This document shows positions 35,656 to 48,657 of a DNA stretch of 64,000 nt, piece by piece. Position 1 is the stretch's first letter; each line of letters begins with the position of its first letter. The DNA lies in assembly GCF_035084215.1 (NCBI RefSeq), contig NC_090336.1, positions 20,708,001 through 20,772,000 of the forward strand, given 5' to 3'. The notes under the pieces were generated by a model. That model was not told the origin of the DNA. It made no database searches and saw nothing but the letters and a program-made list of their open reading frames with translations. Both the position numbers and the translations under genes were made by a program. The DNA is from Heptranchias perlo. Its lineage: Eukaryota.

Positions 35656-37104
35656 TGGTTCAGTTACTGGCAAAATAAATGGGAAGAGTAAAATAAAACA
35701 CCTTGATTTTGATATAATAAGATAAATGCTTGATTTGCACTTCAAAAATAGCAAACCTGGAATATTTCTGTATTCTACCACAATATTAAAAAAAACTCTT
35801 TTGCAATGTTTAAATATAGGTAATACTAAACGTAGCTTAGAATTATTTTGATGATGATGTGCTGGACTGTCAGTATTTTTTGCTCCATTACTTACACAAA
35901 CACTTCTCAAGTTTAGTCCATTACTTGTTATCTGGTTGCTTCACCCAGGTTATGGGATAAATATGTTTTCCATTGATTCTTCTAAAAAGCCTCATGATCT
36001 GCCTGCAAGTCTTTTTTCACACAGTGATGGCGTGGGCTTGAATCGTTCTTTTTGTATTCACTTATATCTGAATCATACACGTTTCCTCTCCTGCAAGACA
36101 TTACTCACGAGCTATTGATAATGGGCTATTGGGCTGAATTTTTAGACCTCCCGCCTGGTGGAAATGAGGACGGTAATTCCCTAAAAATGGTGGGGAGTAT
36201 CATATGGCATTTGATTACAGTTTGAATAGGTTATTGTACTGAGCAGCCTGTCTGTTACTGCCTGGCCCATCCTGCTCACTGAGCAGATGTGGACAGCTCT
36301 ATTGGAGCTGGGACTGATGTTGTAGTTCACAAACCTTTCAGAACACATACAAAGGGAATGCACAGGAGACTTCAGCTTGACCTTCTGACAGCGCCTTAGC
36401 TTGAGCTGTGGAGGAGAAAAATTTCAAACCGATAGAGCGAGAAGTCCTGCTTGTGTAAAACAGCCCTTTAAACTCCAGCACCTTCACCTGAAAACTATAG
36501 CAAATACTGAGTCTGTAGTTCATATTACATCCACACATATGTCCATACCCTTCTTTAAACAATCGATAAATACAATAATAAAGCAAACCTCAAGCTCTAG
36601 CTTCTCAATGATCCAACTTTTCAACACTCAGCTATGCAATACAGCCGCTAAATACCAGATGATCTGGGACCTACTCACTCCCTTCTCTGACTGGAAATCC
36701 AGCTTTCACAGGGAGTGGTAAAAAAAGCCAATCAAAATATAAACTTGCCACAGTTGCCAAGCCATTTTAACCAATCATAATGCACTAAAAAAACCTTATC
36801 ATTTGATTTTTCTGCCTTATTGGATAGCTTTTTAATACTTTTTCAGCCAATTGCCAGACAACAGAAAATAACAAGTTAGAGGTCATTCAAAGCGTCATCG
36901 CGAGGCACAATCCTACTTCCCCATTTTCTCCCTGGTTGCTCACCGCAGTACTTGGGAGATTCGTTTTTGATTCCGGGAAACTCCTGGACAATCTGGAAGG
37001 GTTGACTACCGTATAGTGTCAACTCTTGTATAAATAGCTCAAACTGGTAGTTTAAAAAACAACATACAAAAATGTCACCAGGGTCTAATTGCCTGGTGAC
37101 CACC

Positions 37105-37796
37105 AGGGTGATCAAGAAGGCCAACGGAATGTTGGCTTTTATTGCTCGGGGGATAGAATATAAAAACAGGGAGGTATTGCTGCAGTTATATAAGGTATTG
37201 GTGAGACCGCACCTGGAATACTGCATACAGTTTTGGTCTCCATACTTAAGAAAAGACATACTTACTCTCGAGGCAGTACAAAGAAGGTTCACTCGGTTAA
37301 TCCCGGGGATGAGGGGGCGGACATATGAGGAGAGGTTGAGTAGATTGGGACTCTACTCATTGGAGTTCAGAAGAATGAGAGGCGATCTTATTGAAACATA
37401 TAAGATTGTGAAGGGGCCTGATCGGGTGGATGCGGTGAGGATGTTCCCAAGGATGGGTGAAACTAGAACTAGGGGGCATAATCTTAGAATAAGGGGCTGC
37501 TCTTTCAAAACTGAGATGAGGAGAAACTTCTTCACTCAGAGGGTAGTAGGTCTGTGGAATTTGCTGCCCCAGGAAGCTGTGGAAGCTACATCATTAAATA
37601 AATTTAAAACAGAAATAGACAGTTTCCTAGAAGTAAAGGGAATTAGGGGTTACGGGGAGCGGGCAGGAAATTGGACATGAATTTAGATTTGAGGTTAGGA
37701 TCAGATCAGCCATGATCTTATTGAATGGTGGAGCAGGCTCAAGGGGCCGATTGGCCTACTCCTGCTCCTATTTCTTATGTTCTTATGTTCTTATGC
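37105..37796 (+). mobile_element. Young 5'-truncated CR1
   Basis: Uninterrupted ORF2 C-terminus (KKANGMLAFIARGIEYK...RPHLEYC...RGH) and (TTCTTATG)3 tail. Confidence 0.95.
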
Positions 37797-38309
37797 TACA
37801 ACCGGTCACGAGTCTCATTTCTTGCTTTGTTCATTGGCATGTTTAGCTCTTTTAATTATGCAGCTGCAAGAACACGATAATGTGAATTATTTCAAATAAT
37901 ACTTTTCCATTGTTGGACTGAGTGCTGTTTGACAGGTTGTTATATATCACTGCTGTGGTGTGATATGAAACCATTCTATACCTCAATTCTCAGGATGGGA
38001 TGGGGACAGCAGAGGCCTGTTTCCAGGTCCCGACAAATGCTGCTCCTGATGCAATCAGTGTGACGTCTATGACAACAGATCGGGATGACTTGCTCTCTGG
38101 TATTATCTCCAGTCCTTTCAGGAAGGGGCGGGCCTTCACTTGGGGCTAACCATTTGGGCAATTAATCGTGGGTTGAAAGTGTGTGGGGGAATCTATGGCA
38201 CAGTGACATCATTGTCTCTGGAAGTGCTAACATTTTGTGCCCTCTTGTTCTAAGGTTATTTTATGAAGTAGTTCTAAGCATTCAACTAGCCTTTAGTTTT
38301 CTTTTTTTT

Positions 38310-38720
38310 TAAATCCTCCGATTTTCTCGTCTCCTGAAGGCTCTGACTCTTGCTGTGGTACAATTCCATGGGCACCAGTAGCCTTCCAGCAGCCCAAATG
38401 GCCATTCTTCGTGTGTGAGCCTGGCCAAGAAGAGCGAATGGGCTATTTGACTGTAAGGGGCATTACAGCCAAGCCCAATCCTGCCCTTGCCCAACATCCA
38501 CATACTCGTGCTTTCCAGCAGGGGGTAACTGCATATTGATCAGGAGCCGAAACCCTAATTTCCCACCCCTCCAGCCCAGTGGCATTGAGGACACTTATGG
38601 CTTCCCAACTGCCACCATGACTGATATCAGCAAGCTCAGCACAGACCAAGGATTCAATCTGGAACATTCTTCATCAATAAAGCTCTGTTCTATACTGGGC
38701 AGCTAATTAATCAATAGAAC
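38310..38720 (-). mobile_element. AmnSINE2-like SINE
   Basis: Nearly complete reverse-complement copy. Confidence 0.65.
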
Positions 38721-38916
38721 CATTGAGGATGCTCCCTTAACTTTTTTGACAAAGTAGTTCGGCTGTGCAGAATCAGTTTTGGTGGCAACTGGAAACCCAG
38801 GGGCCAGGTCTGAACCTGCTTTCAGTTGTAATTGAACAGTTGGGGCAACAAAACAGTCAATTAGTTTGATTTGAATAAATAAATTTCTTAAAAATATGAA
38901 TTATGCTTATTTTCAG

Positions 38917-39052
38917 GAACCTCGCTGCACTGAATTGGCAAGCCTGTCACAAACAGTACAGCTCACGGACCAGGCTCCTAAACCTCCATTACTGGCTGGT
39001 CATCTGTGTGCTCATATCATTCCAATTAATCATCAATTATTTTTATGGATGA
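38917..39052 (+). CDS. OSBPL5: OSBPL5 last coding exon with tail-anchor TM
   Basis: tattttcag|; NLAALNWQACHKQYSSRTRLLNLHYWLVICVLISFQLIINYFYG-TGA. The hydrophobic helix matches the ORP5 ER anchor. Confidence 0.92.
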
Positions 39053-39743
39053 GTAGATGGCTCCCTGCTCAGCAACCACTTTGAAAAGTATTGCAGACTG
39101 TTAACAGGATCCCATTGGGACTGAATGCAGAATTTCCAAGGCGTAAAGTGAGTTACGAAGGCAACTATTCAACAAACATCCGAGGAGACAGAAAAACTCT
39201 TGGGAAAAATGTTGTGAACATTTTAGCTTCATTTTGTTCAGTTTTCTTTTTTTGGGGTGGGTGTGGTATATCTGTGGACATTATTTCTACACACCCTGCC
39301 TCCAAGGATGACCAACCCCAACCTAGGCCTTAATGCTGAAGCCAAATATGACTTTTCCAATGTGCAATTTTTTTCCCTTCTCCTTTCTTCTAGGTCTTTC
39401 TAATCCAACAGCAATTTAGAAACCTTCCCCCCAACAGTATTTATAAACTGAGTAGATGGTAATATTTGTGGTCAATTTGTATACTGTTCTGAATATGAAT
39501 TTAGACACCCGTCCATGAATGTGACAGACTCCTTCAGTCTGCCCTACCTCTGTAGCAGTCTCTCCACAAAACAGCAATGTCGAAGACCTTTTGCACCAAC
39601 TTGTGAATCTTTCCCTAACCTAGCACTAAGTAAGTTGTTCTTGAGCAGAAACCTGCAGATAATTATTATAGGTTTGAACAAAAATGCCTCCAGGATGGCA
39701 AGAACCTATTGGCACGAGCTGCTAGTTTCCTCCCTGTGCGCTC

Positions 39744-39814
39744 AATAAAATTTCACATCTGTGCGACATTCTATGAATGAAATGCACAATACTGTAAACA
39801 GGTGCACAAATAAA
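39744..39814 (+). terminator. Candidate OSBPL5 polyadenylation signals
   Basis: AATAAA at 39744-39749 and 39809-39814, about 0.7 kb after the stop and just before repeat-derived sequence begins. Confidence 0.6.
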
Positions 39815-39939
39815 AACATTTTTTTTAAACCATGAATGTGCATGTGTTTAAACATTCCAACAGAGTGAGGGGACATTTTAGGATAATTCTACTATTGCTG
39901 CTATATCAGCACTGTTTTCATGTCACTAAGTGCACCAGT

Positions 39940-40925
39940 TCAAGGGGTATAATGACATGGATAAGGGCGAGCTCTCCGATCTTGTGCACATCGTGCATGT
40001 ATCTGGTGAGCTGGGGCAGGCACAGGATGTCCCAGGTGGGAGCTTCATATCAATATTATAGTGGCATGGAAGTGATGTAATTACGCCTTCCACATCATTT
40101 TGCAGACATCACACTGGGTCAGTGCCATGTGCAAATCCCTTCCCCCCGCTATATATAAACAACTTTCATGGTTTCTAGGCACTTGAGCTGGATAAGTTTC
40201 AAGTTTAGAGGGCCCAGTTCGAAGATTCATTCAACATTTTGCAGCCATTTCTGCAAATTATTTCTTTTTGTTTTTCCACTTTTTTTCCTGCCGGTATTTA
40301 GAGTCTCATGAATCTTTGTGCCGATTGGGGCAGTTATTTTGGCACTCACCACCACTCGCACCAATAAGTTTCCTGTCTGCCATATTGGAAGAAGAGGAGG
40401 ATCAACAGACGGAGGCCAGGTAAGACACTGCACAGGGGACACTCTGTGCCCATTCACTGGTACATGCACACCAACACCTGCAGACGATTAGTGCATGTGG
40501 AGACTCCAACTCAAAAGGTAGGTTATTCTGCTGGATGGTTACCATGAAGCACCCCAAACGCAGCATATCATTCTTTACATGGTACTGCATGCAGGAAGGC
40601 ATGCTGGGATGGTCAATAGCCAGCAAAGGCTGATTGATATATATAAGATGCCACCAACCATACTTGCAGACATTGTCTACCTGGCAATGACTGTGGGGAA
40701 TTGTCTGCACAGGGTCAAGGTTGGCAACGAGCAAGATGCAGAAGTGTGCCACCTACTGCTAGGACACCTGCAGTTACCATGCAATATAGAGCTGGCACAG
40801 CGAATGACACAACAGGTTAGTTGCAGACTCAAGCCTGCCTCCTACTCCTAGACATACTGCAATGTGGACTTATGGACTGGCACAAAGGACAACCTTCTTG
40901 CAATCACCTCAGAGCACCACCTCCT
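39940..40925 (+). mobile_element. Possible very degraded Harbinger transposase remnant
   Basis: Fragments RRRRINRRRP, DD*CMWRLQLK and EVCHLLLGHLQ resemble the HARBI1-type N-terminus; weak. Confidence 0.3.
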
Positions 40926-41155
40926 TCCTTGTGACATGGGTTGGTAATTGGTTGGAAGATAGGAAACAGAGAGTAGGGATAAAGGGAATGTACTCTGATC
41001 GGCAAGATGTGACAAGTGGTGCTCCCCAATGATCTGTACTGAGTCCTCAGTTTTTCACCAAAAATATCAATGACTTGGATAAAAGAATAAAGTTGTATAT
41101 CCAAGTTTGCAGATGATATTAAGGTAGGAGGTAAAGTAAGTTGTGTAGATGGGGT
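40925..41155 (+). mobile_element. CR1 RT fragment
   Basis: W..NWL..RKQRV, VTSGAPQ, INDLD, ISKFADD remnants. Confidence 0.8.
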
Positions 41156-41490
41156 TGTTAATAATTATACAAATTGGCTGAACCAAGAAATTCTAGTGCT
41201 ATTAGCACATACCAATCAGGCAACATTTACACCTGTCCGTAACCATTTAGAACAGACACACCAAAAATCGGAACTGTGGCAGCTCATTGGAATCTCTATC
41301 AATTTTGAATAATTTCCAATAGTCAAAATTCTGCAGCCTGAATCCCTTCCCACATCATCGTTATCCCCACCCAACTCTACTTGCTCCATTGAATAGATTT
41401 TCAACTCTTTTCATGACCTCACTACTTTCTATTTGGTGAATCTTCTCCAGCCATATACCCCAGCCTGTACCCTTTGTTCCTCTGACTCCA

Positions 41491-43052
41491 GGGGCACGAT
41501 CTTAAAATGCCAGCGGCATGACAGTGCGGGTAGCCTGAATACTAAAAACTTAACGTTCCCCACGCGATCGCGACTTAATTGGTGGCCATTAACCTTCTTT
41601 CCAGGTTTGCCGTCCGAAAGCTGCGCAGCGAGCGGACAGCAAGACTGACTTACTGTCAGCTGGAACGTCTGGATTTACAGGCCCATTGCTCTAATGGATT
41701 TTGATGAAGCAAGGAGCATGAAGACAGAATGGAGCAGCAGAGGGGCAAACCAGCTCCAAGATTCAGCGACGCCTCACATGAGGTGCTGTTGGCCGGGATG
41801 AGGAGGAGGAGGAGGGAACTATTTTACCTGGCCGACAGGCGGAAGTGCCTTGCCTCTGCCACCAAGAAGGCCTGGCTTGAGGTGGCAGAGGAGGTCACCA
41901 GCAAGAGCAACATATCCCGTATTTGGGTCCAGTGAGGAAGTGCTTCAATGTCCTAACTAGGTCAGCAAAAGTGAGCAAACTTACTGATTCTCCTGCATTC
42001 CATGTTGCACATCACCCCACCCCCCCACACACATCACTCTGCACTGCCAAGACTACTCCGTCACATCACTTCTCACACCCACTTAAGGCTCTTCCTCAAC
42101 TTACCTTCACTTCCTGAGTACTTCCTCACCTCTCCATTTGTGAACCCACCACTACCACTCACCCCAATCCAGATCCAATGTGATGTCTCTGTCTGATAGT
42201 CACCCTCTGATGCATCTCTTTCATGCATTCATCGGCTGGCCACTTCATCCTCACTCACTCATTCACACGTCTGTACTTTCTCCCCTCGTAGTAGAAGAGA
42301 GTGCAAAATGCATGCGCGAGGCTGAGGACTGGGGGGGCCACAACAAATAGTGGTCCTCACAGACGCGGAGGAGGAGGCCCTGCAGATCAGCTGCACCCTC
42401 GAGTGCCTGTCCATTGGGGATGCCGAGACTGGCACCCCCCAAATGTCTGGTGACACAACTTTAACATTCGTCACACACAATATGAATTGATGTTAACAAT
42501 GATTGGCATATTGAACACCTCAGTATGCTCATCGCAACATTACACATTTGTGATGATGCTTAATATTGCCTTCTGTTCTCTTCCAGGCCCTTCAACTACC
42601 GCAGTGATGGGAGAGGGCGATTCCTCAGAGGAGCTCCCGGCCTCTGAGGGCGCACCGTCACATCTTAGCAAGCCATCCACCAGAGCAAATATTCACACCT
42701 CGGTTAGTTAGATGGGTTAGCACCTGGTGAGTCACCACAAACAAGTGAGCACAAGCAGACACAGGTGGCAGGGGCAGCTGTGGAGAGTCTGTGTCGGTGG
42801 GCGCACTCCTCTCCAGGCTCTGCTCAGCTGGACGCAGATGTTGAACCCCAGGGGCCATCCTTTAAAAGGAGAATGATCGAGGGACAGCAGCACATTTGTG
42901 AGGTACTGGGACAGGTGCCACGCACACTCTCTACAATAGCACAGAGGATGGAGGAATCCAACTCCTGCATTAGTGGAATGTGTGTGAATATCTGAGATAG
43001 TGGCGCAGGTAAGTGCGGGAATGTCTGCAATGGAGAGGAGGCTAGCCTCCAT
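41491..43052 (+). mobile_element. PIF/Harbinger transposon remnant with intron-containing Myb/SANT-like gene (pseudogenised)
   Basis: MEQQRGKPAPRFSDASHEVLLAG...KKAWLEVAEEV..WVQ(fs)RKCFNVLTRSAK|gtgag; next exon KRVQNACARLRTGG..LTDAEEEAL; frameshifts and stops; truncated by a CR1 tail. Confidence 0.75.
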
Positions 43053-43205
43053 CTGAGATAGATAGCTTTTTGGCTACCAAAGGTATTAAGGGATATGGGC
43101 CAAAGGCGGGTATATGGAGTTAGATCACAGATCAGCCATGATCTTATCAAATGGCGGAGCAGGCACGAGGGGCTGAATGGCCTGCTCCTGTTCCTATGTT
43201 CCTAA
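43053..43205 (+). mobile_element. Young CR1 3' end
   Basis: gatcagccatgatcttatcaaatggcggagcagg...cctgttcctatgttcct. Confidence 0.85.
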
Positions 43206-43349
43206 ACAGGGCAGTCTGTGAGATGCCCTGCTCCAGCAAATTCTGGGCCAATGCTGCAATGTGGTTTCCAAAGACACATTTGTGCCAGTTTTACGAGAAA
43301 CCACCTCTACAGGTTGGATGACTGCGTCTAAAAGCACAAACTCCCGTTA

Positions 43350-44070
43350 ATAGTACGGTGAATGTTTAAAGGGCCCTCGCCAGCCGAAGGTGCTCTTACC
43401 TGCTGGCTCAGTGGACAACCTGCCGGTACCGCACAGGCGCGCGACGCCCACCTGTTTCCATGGTTACTCCGCTCAATTGGCCCCGCCCTCTTCGAGCGGT
43501 TGGTGACGAAAGCTCCACGGCAGACGCGGCCAATGGGAGAGTGCGTCAGCTGATTGAGGGGGAGGGGAGGGGAGGGGGGGGGGTAAAGATGTAGCGTAAC
43601 TTCCGGTCCTGTACCGCTTCTTGCATCAGCATTGCCAGCAGGATGGAGAGAGCCGAGGGTGAGTGACGGGCCGTCCGGGGGTCGGGAGAGCTCGCCAGGC
43701 CGATATACCCTACAGCAAATGAGCAGACAGGCCTGGCCCTGGGTACAGCAGTGAGCACTGTGGCTTTTCCCATTCTGTGGCTGGGGAAGTGACCAGGTTT
43801 CGAACAGCAGTGAGTGAGTGAGTGAGTGGGCCGGGCCGGGCCGGGACCTGACCCACTAGGATTGCTGCCGGGGTCTGGCCATGGATTTAGCCTAATGGCC
43901 AGCACCGTGCACCTTCATGCCCAGCTGGTCGTCAGCCCCTTGCAAGTCCTGCGGCTCGTTGGGAGAGAAAAAAACGGGCTCCTTGCAGCACCTGCCCGGC
44001 CTGTGCTGCAGCCTCAGACTCTCCACAGTGAAGGAGGAACTGCGCGCTGGTGATCGCGGAATAGGGCATG
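43350..44070 (+). promoter_or_regulatory. CARS1: CARS1 CpG-island promoter
   Basis: The most CpG-dense unique stretch in the window. NRF1-like GCACAGGCGC (43431), RFX-like GTTTCCATGGTTAC (43454-43467), CCAAT boxes (43476, 43530), GC box (43479-43488), ETS ACTTCCGGT (43599-43607), CARE TTGCATCA (43621-43628). Confidence 0.85.
43643..43658 (+). CDS. CARS1: CARS1 exon 1 coding part
   Basis: AGGATGG Kozak context, MERAE + 1 nt, strong donor |gtgagt. A short phase-1 first exon, as in human CARS1. Confidence 0.82.
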
Positions 44071-44239
44071 TTTTTTTAATAAAATATACTTGGGACTCCA
44101 TTAAAAGCTCTGACAACATTGACAGGTTTCGAGGCTTTGGACAATCACGACCCCACAATCAGATGTCACCTTTGGGTATTTTTTGTTCTAGAATGTGTCA
44201 CAACACATTGGCGGGGAATTTGCTCTGATCGGTGAGCAA

Positions 44240-44730
44240 TGAAAGTTCACTAGATTGATTCCTGGAATGAAAAGGTTGTCCTTTGAGGAGAGATTGAGTA
44301 GAACGGGCCTATATTCTCTGGAGTTTAGAAGAATGAGAGGTGATCTCATTGAAACATATAAGATTCTGAAAGGGCTTGTCAGGGGTAGATGCTGAGAGAC
44401 TGTTTCCCCTGGCTGGAGAGCCTAGAACCAAGGGTCATAGACTTAAGAGAAGGGGTTGGCCATTTATGACTGAGATGAGGAAAAATTTCTTCACTCAGAG
44501 GGTTGTGAATCTTTGGAATTCTCTACCCCAGGGGGTTGTGGTTGCTCAGCTGTTGAGTATATTCAAGACTGAGATCAATAGATTTTTGGACTCCAAGGGA
44601 ATCAAGGAATACGGGGATAGGGCAAGAAAGTGGAGTTGAGGTAGAAGATCACCCATGATCTTATTGATTGGCAGAGCAGCTTCGAGGGGCCATATGGCTT
44701 ACTGCTGCTCCTATTTCTTATGTTCTTTAT
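44240..44730 (+). mobile_element. CR1 3' fragment
   Basis: LYSLEFRRMRGDLIE...MRKNFFTQRVVNLWNSLP; ttcttatgttc tail. Confidence 0.9.
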
Positions 44731-45454
44731 GAACTCCCTCTAAATGGTGAGCTGCAAAAAGTGCAGCGTCTTCTCCCGGGCATCTTTGAGCTGTCTAAGT
44801 GGGGAAAGGATGGCTCTGTTCCCTCAACCAATCAGATTGAAGCATCCTTGACAAGCCGCGCAGTCAGAACCAGGAAGTGCAAGCTACAACAGTAAATTCA
44901 ATGTAAAATCAGTTAGAGAAAGCAAAATAAAGCAAAGGTAAGCAATATTGAATTAAAAGATCGATAAAAGAGACAAATAAAGGTAAAAAAAATTAGTTTT
45001 TTTAAATGACCAACAACAATTAAAATCTGAAGGAATGAGTTAATTTTCAGTGCCAATGGGGTTGTTTGGCAGTCACTAATACTTAGCATGCCGTTAAAAG
45101 TTAGTTGAGACCTAAAAATCCGAGTGTATCTTTTTCTGTGTAGATTAGTTCGTTTCCAGCCTGACATTGCAGCAACTTCACCCTGATCCATTTATTCCAG
45201 CGGGCAAGATCTCCTTTCCGAGTAGCTTTCAGATGAACAAGGCATCTGGTAGAGTAACTTCCGGATTTCCGCGTTTGACTGCGCACGTATGCTCGCTGGA
45301 AGTTGCTCTTTGGTTTGCTCTTAAACAATGGTGAGCACTGTTTGGCTCTCTGTTATTTTTGGAGCAAATTCCATGCCATAGTTGGGATTGAGTTGAGTTG
45401 ATGAACAGGAATTGTCAGTGAGCAACAGTGAGGATTCTTTTCTCAGAAACAAAA

Positions 45455-46200
45455 GCAACAACAACTTGCATTTATATAGCACCTTAGTTAAACATCGCAA
45501 GGTGCTTCACAGAGGTGTTATTAAACAAAATTTGACACTGAGCCACATAAGGAAATATTAGGACAGGTGAAGGTTTGGTTAAAGAGGTAGGTTTTAAGGA
45601 GCGTCTTGAGAGGCGGAGAGATTTAGGGAGGGAATTTCAGAGCTTTGGGCCTAGGCAGCTGAAGGCACGGCCGCCAATAGTGGAGCAATTAAAATCGGGG
45701 TTGCGCAAGAGGTTGGAAATGGAGGAGCCGAGAGGTCTCGGAGGGTTGTAAGGCTGGAGGAGTTTACAGAGATAGGGAGGGACAGGGCCATGGAGGGATT
45801 TGAAAACAAGGATGAGAATTTTAAAATCAAAGCATTGCCGGACTTGGAGCCAATGTGAACAGGACTTGATGCGAGTTTGGCCATGGGCTGCAGAGTGTTG
45901 GATGTGCTCAGGTTTACTTGGGGTGGGGGGGGGGGGTTGCAAGGTGGGAGGCTGTCCAGGAGAGCATTGGAATGGTCTAGCGGTAACAAGGGCAGTGGAT
46001 GACGATTTCAGCAGCAGATGAGCTGAGGCAGGGGTGGAGACGGGTCAGTGTTACAGAGGTGGAAGTAGGTGGTCTTGGTGAAGGAGAGGATATGTGGTCG
46101 GAAGCTCAGCTCAGTCAAATAGGGACAGCAAGATTGCAGAAGGTCTAGTTCAGCCTCATACAGTAACCAGGGAGAGGGATGGAGTCGGTGTCTAGGTAAC
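45455..46200 (-). mobile_element. L2 LINE 3' part
   Basis: aacaacaacttgcatttatatagc tail; FKILILVFKSLHG..PPYL..GGRAFS on the minus strand. Confidence 0.85.
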
Positions 46201-48657
46201 GAAGACTGTGCCAACAGATCATCAGCATGTAGCTTGTCTAGAACTGCATGATTTATATTTCTTCTCTTGCTTGGTCTTTTACTAATTCTGTATTTTCCTT
46301 TATCCCACCTGAATGTCCATTTACTATTTATAATTCTCATTACGCTAGTTGTTGTGGTTCAGCTTCATTTTAGCAATTCTAATAAAGGAACCCTGTAATG
46401 AATAACACTTCCCCAGGAAGCAGATTCAATAGTGATTTTCAAAAGGGAATTAGATAAATACTTGAAGGGTAAAAATTTACAGGGCCAAGGGGAAAAAGCA
46501 GGGGAATGGGACAATCTGGATAGCTCTTTCAAAGAGCCGGCACAGGCACGATGGGCCGAATGGCTTCCTCCTGTGTTGTACCTACTATAATGCTATCCCC
46601 CTCCACATCACTCACCTGGCTCGTTTTGGTATCCCTTCTACTTATGACCACAGTACCTTTTGCACAGCTATGCAATATAGCATATTGCATGTTAGTCTTG
46701 ATTACTGGCTGAAATGTGTGCGGCTGCAGTATAAATGAGCCAAGCACCACCCCTTTGTTATTGTGGCAGTATGAGTTAAATAACATGCGACAAAATCTAT
46801 TCTCAAGTTTTGCAGGGATATTAAAGGGGAGCTTTTTCTACTGTGGGAGCATTGAACAATTGTCAGTGGATTTGGTTCTGTGCGCAAAGCTAATTGTTAT
46901 ACAGTCATCATGATACAGTCTACTGCAGGAGACTGTCCATTGTAAAATTTAATCTGATTTTATTCTTCTTCTATTTTTTTCCTCCCCTCCCCTCTCCTAA
47001 AGCTGCTGATTCATACCGATATGAGTTCAATGGATATGCAACCACCCTTCTGTATCTTGCCCAAGTAGCCAAGAAACCATAGCTGATCCTGAGCAGTGAG
47101 TGTTCACAGACTGTTCCATAGGCAGGTAGGGGGCACCCGTGATACTAAACAATATAGACGCTGGTCCCAAATTGAATTCCTGGTCTGTGCTGAGCTAATT
47201 GATGTGTCAGACAGCAGTTGGGACTCTGCACTTGATCACTGTCCAGTGCCTTCGGCTGGAAGGTGTGTGTTGATGTTGTGTGAGGATAGTATTGGGCTCA
47301 GCTGTCATGTCCTACATAGTCTTCAACACACAGTCTAGGTTTGAACATGAAGAATGGCCATTTCGTGAACTGCCAGTTTCCATGGATCTATAGCCCGGAA
47401 GAGTCGGTGCCTTATTAGAGGAGGGGAGAAAATCAGTCGGAAAGAATAAATACTGGAGCTATCAAATCTGATTAACACAAGGATTATGCTGGTGCTGGTA
47501 CTGTTTTGGGGACAGTGCAGGCAGGCAGTATACTTCCTGTATTGTTTGGAACAGGGTTGAAGATTGTGGGCTTGGAAATCCTGTACACACCATCTTGAGT
47601 GTCTGTATGTCCTCTTCCCAGGGTTGAAACTCTTCAACTGAACATATAGTGAGAAAGACTCTCATTTATATAGTGCCTTTCATGACCTCAGGACGTCCCA
47701 AAGCGCTTTACAGCCAATTAAGTACTTTTGAAATGTAGTCACTTTTGTAATGTAGGAACAATGGTATGAAACCACCTTTCCCCAGTTGATGGTTCTTGCA
47801 TTGCTACATAATGGGCACAATTATGCATTTTATTGTTCTGTAGCACCCAAGATGAGCATAATGCTGAATGCAGTGCTATTTAAATCTACACAATGCAACC
47901 TTGGTTTCACTACTAAATTGGCACAATTTGCTTCAACTGACATAAATTCTATTGCATTTTCTAAAATAATTTCTTGATGAACTGGAATTGTATTTATTTT
48001 AATCGTTAATAGCTAATATACAGTGTGTTGTACTTGAAGGTCATACTTAAATGTAATAAATATATAGTTGTGTATATATATCTCTCTCACGGCATTGTGT
48101 GGAGTGTGGTTCTGATGTCCAACGTGGTCTGATTTCAAGATGGGGAACTGTGGCCAGGGGAGGCAGGGAAGTAGAGTGGCAGGAGCTGGAGAGGGAGAGT
48201 GGTTCAGGCATTTGTCTTGATCTTCTTTTGGGATCAAGCATCTCTATTTATTTTATTGTAAACCTATGTTGGTGATGTTTATGGTTATTTTATTAATAGT
48301 TGATCTCCTATGGCATTGCACATGGGGATTCAAGACCAAGTGAAGTGGGGTGAGAGGATGGGGGATAGTTGGAGCAGGAAATTCATATGTAATTCAGACC
48401 CCATTTTAAAGTCATAAGTTTGCCCATCATTTTTATGTTACTACTGCAACACCTCCACTATTGGGAAGGTGTAATTACAGTGTGACAAATTTATATAGGC
48501 AGTTTCTATTATAATTGTGAACACGGGAATTTACAATGGAAAAGGTTTCACTTTCCCCAGCCACAACTACTTCATCCTAGCTCGATTTCCCACCCCCCCC
48601 CCACCCCCATACTGCCTCAATACTTTACTCCCATAACTACTCACTGCTTCTCCCCAT

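Noticed and set aside
35845-35930. C/D-box snoRNA (tgatgatga)
   Set aside because: No CTGA D box at a suitable distance and no terminal stem.
35165-37012. hAT-like element with gttgccaac-type ends
   Set aside because: Termini are too degenerate and the interior is heavily interrupted; not supportable without a search.
37072-37680. Longest ORF in the track (202 aa) as a cellular gene
   Set aside because: It is the C-terminus of CR1 ORF2 with the LINE tail directly after it.
227-39052. Assignment as OSBPL8
   Set aside because: Much of the protein is ORP8-like, but the CPRCRK exon, the TM sequence and adjacency to CARS1 indicate OSBPL5.
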